In this document: positions 62,831 through 64,000 of the stretch, piece by piece
Position numbering within the stretch: the stretch's first letter is position 1
Layout: every line of letters begins with the position of its first letter
Source: Chiloscyllium plagiosum
Lineage: Eukaryota
DNA: 64,000 nucleotides
NCBI RefSeq assembly: GCF_004010195.1
Contig: NC_057752.1
Coordinates: 9,806,862-9,870,861 of the forward strand
Reading direction: 5' to 3'
The notes under the pieces: generated by a model
Seen by the model: only the letters and a program-made list of their open reading frames with translations
Told to the model about the DNA's origin: nothing
Database searches by the model: none
Translations under genes and position numbers: made by a program

Positions 62831-62849
62831 GCAGGAAACTTGTTTTTAT

Positions 62850-63910
62850 ATTCTGTCCAATCATAATTTGCCACCTATCTTTGCAAAATTATGTCCTTTG
62901 AGTTTGAAATATCATTACTTGACCACAGATGGTGCTTCTGTCCATTAGAATTTTTCTTATTTGTTTTGATGAATCTATGCTTTCTGGAATATCCCTTTAA
63001 ATATTTGCCACTGCATCTCTGTTCACCTATTCCCCAGTGTTCCCTCTAGTTTTCTTTCAGTTGCACAGGCCTCTGAGATCTGTGCATGACAGTGACTTCT
63101 GGAAGCAGACCAATAGCAATCATTGTGTGCAGAACCTTGGAGTGGCTGTGCGCACAGCTTTGAGGGAAGGCTGCCCATCTGTTAACCTAAATTGCCAGTT
63201 CACTTTCGATAGCTCTGCTTTCTTGCCCTTATAATTGCTTATGCTTAAATTTAAAATAGTACTTTTGAAGCCACATTTCTCTCCCCTAAACTATATGTAA
63301 AATTTAATCACATTATGTTCACTTCCACTATGAAGCCAGTAATTAATCTTATCTTGTTGGTCAAAACCAGTTCTAGTATAGCTTGCCCTCTGGGTGCCAG
63401 AACATACTGGTCTAAGAAATTGTCGCGAAAACAGTCAATGAATTCCTCATCTGGACTACTTTTTCCAATATAATTTTTCCAGTCTATATATAGGTTAAAA
63501 TCCCCCATGATAATTGCTGTAGCCTTCGAACAAGCTCCCATTATTTCTTCCTTGATACCCGGTCCTACCACGTGGTCTGTTGTGGAGCATGTACACAACT
63601 CCCACAAGTGACTTCTTGGCCCTGTCATTCCTCAGGCACACAGGCTGCTTCGAAATCCTGGTTTCCTGAATTAAGGTCATCCTTCTCTATTGTGCTAATA
63701 CCATCTTTGATTGATAGAACCTTTCCACCACCCTTTTCTAGCCTCCTGCCCTTCCTAAATGTCATATACCCTTCAATATTAAGGCCACAATCTTGATCAT
63801 CCTGCGACCATGTCTCAGTTATGGCCACTAGATTGTACTTATTTATCTCAATAAGTACAATAGTTCGTGTTTTATTTCAAGTGCTATGTGCATTCAAAAA
63901 CATTGCCTTA
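62850..63910 (-). mobile_element. CR1 LINE ORF2 endonuclease region
   Basis: AITETW, IIMGDFN, FLDQYV..AILELVLTN. Confidence 0.85.
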
Positions 63911-64000
63911 AGTTTTATCCATTTCTTATTTTTGTAACTTCTTATCATTTCTGCTTAATTTCTCTGAGTTCTGTATTCTCTATCCCTTCCTGTGTTTGTC

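Overview
Vertebrate genomic DNA. HE1-type SINEs, CR1 LINEs and Penelope-like elements (PLEs) point to an elasmobranch (shark); this is inferred from repeat content. The main gene is a complete minus-strand NACA gene at about 32070-60453. It has a TOP-like non-coding first exon and 7 constitutive coding exons totalling 648 nt (215 aa). Its second intron holds a 5262-nt skNAC-type giant exon built from acidic modular repeats, with a 1365-codon lysine-free stretch. The same intron has two more in-frame phase-1 cassette exons (177 and 99 nt) and a possible frameshifting exon. A CpG island at about 12.1-13.7 kb carries the first exon of a second minus-strand gene, probably PTGES3, judged from the split AT|G start codon and the known NACA-PTGES3 synteny. 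The rest is mainly transposon debris: CR1, L1, Penelope/Neptune elements, several SINEs and a Tigger-like MITE. Also present are an RPL27 processed pseudogene, palindromic PLE ends with minimal hammerhead ribozyme cores, and two long inverted duplications. No prokaryotic-type system such as CRISPR is present. All homology calls are from memory of the families, not from searches.
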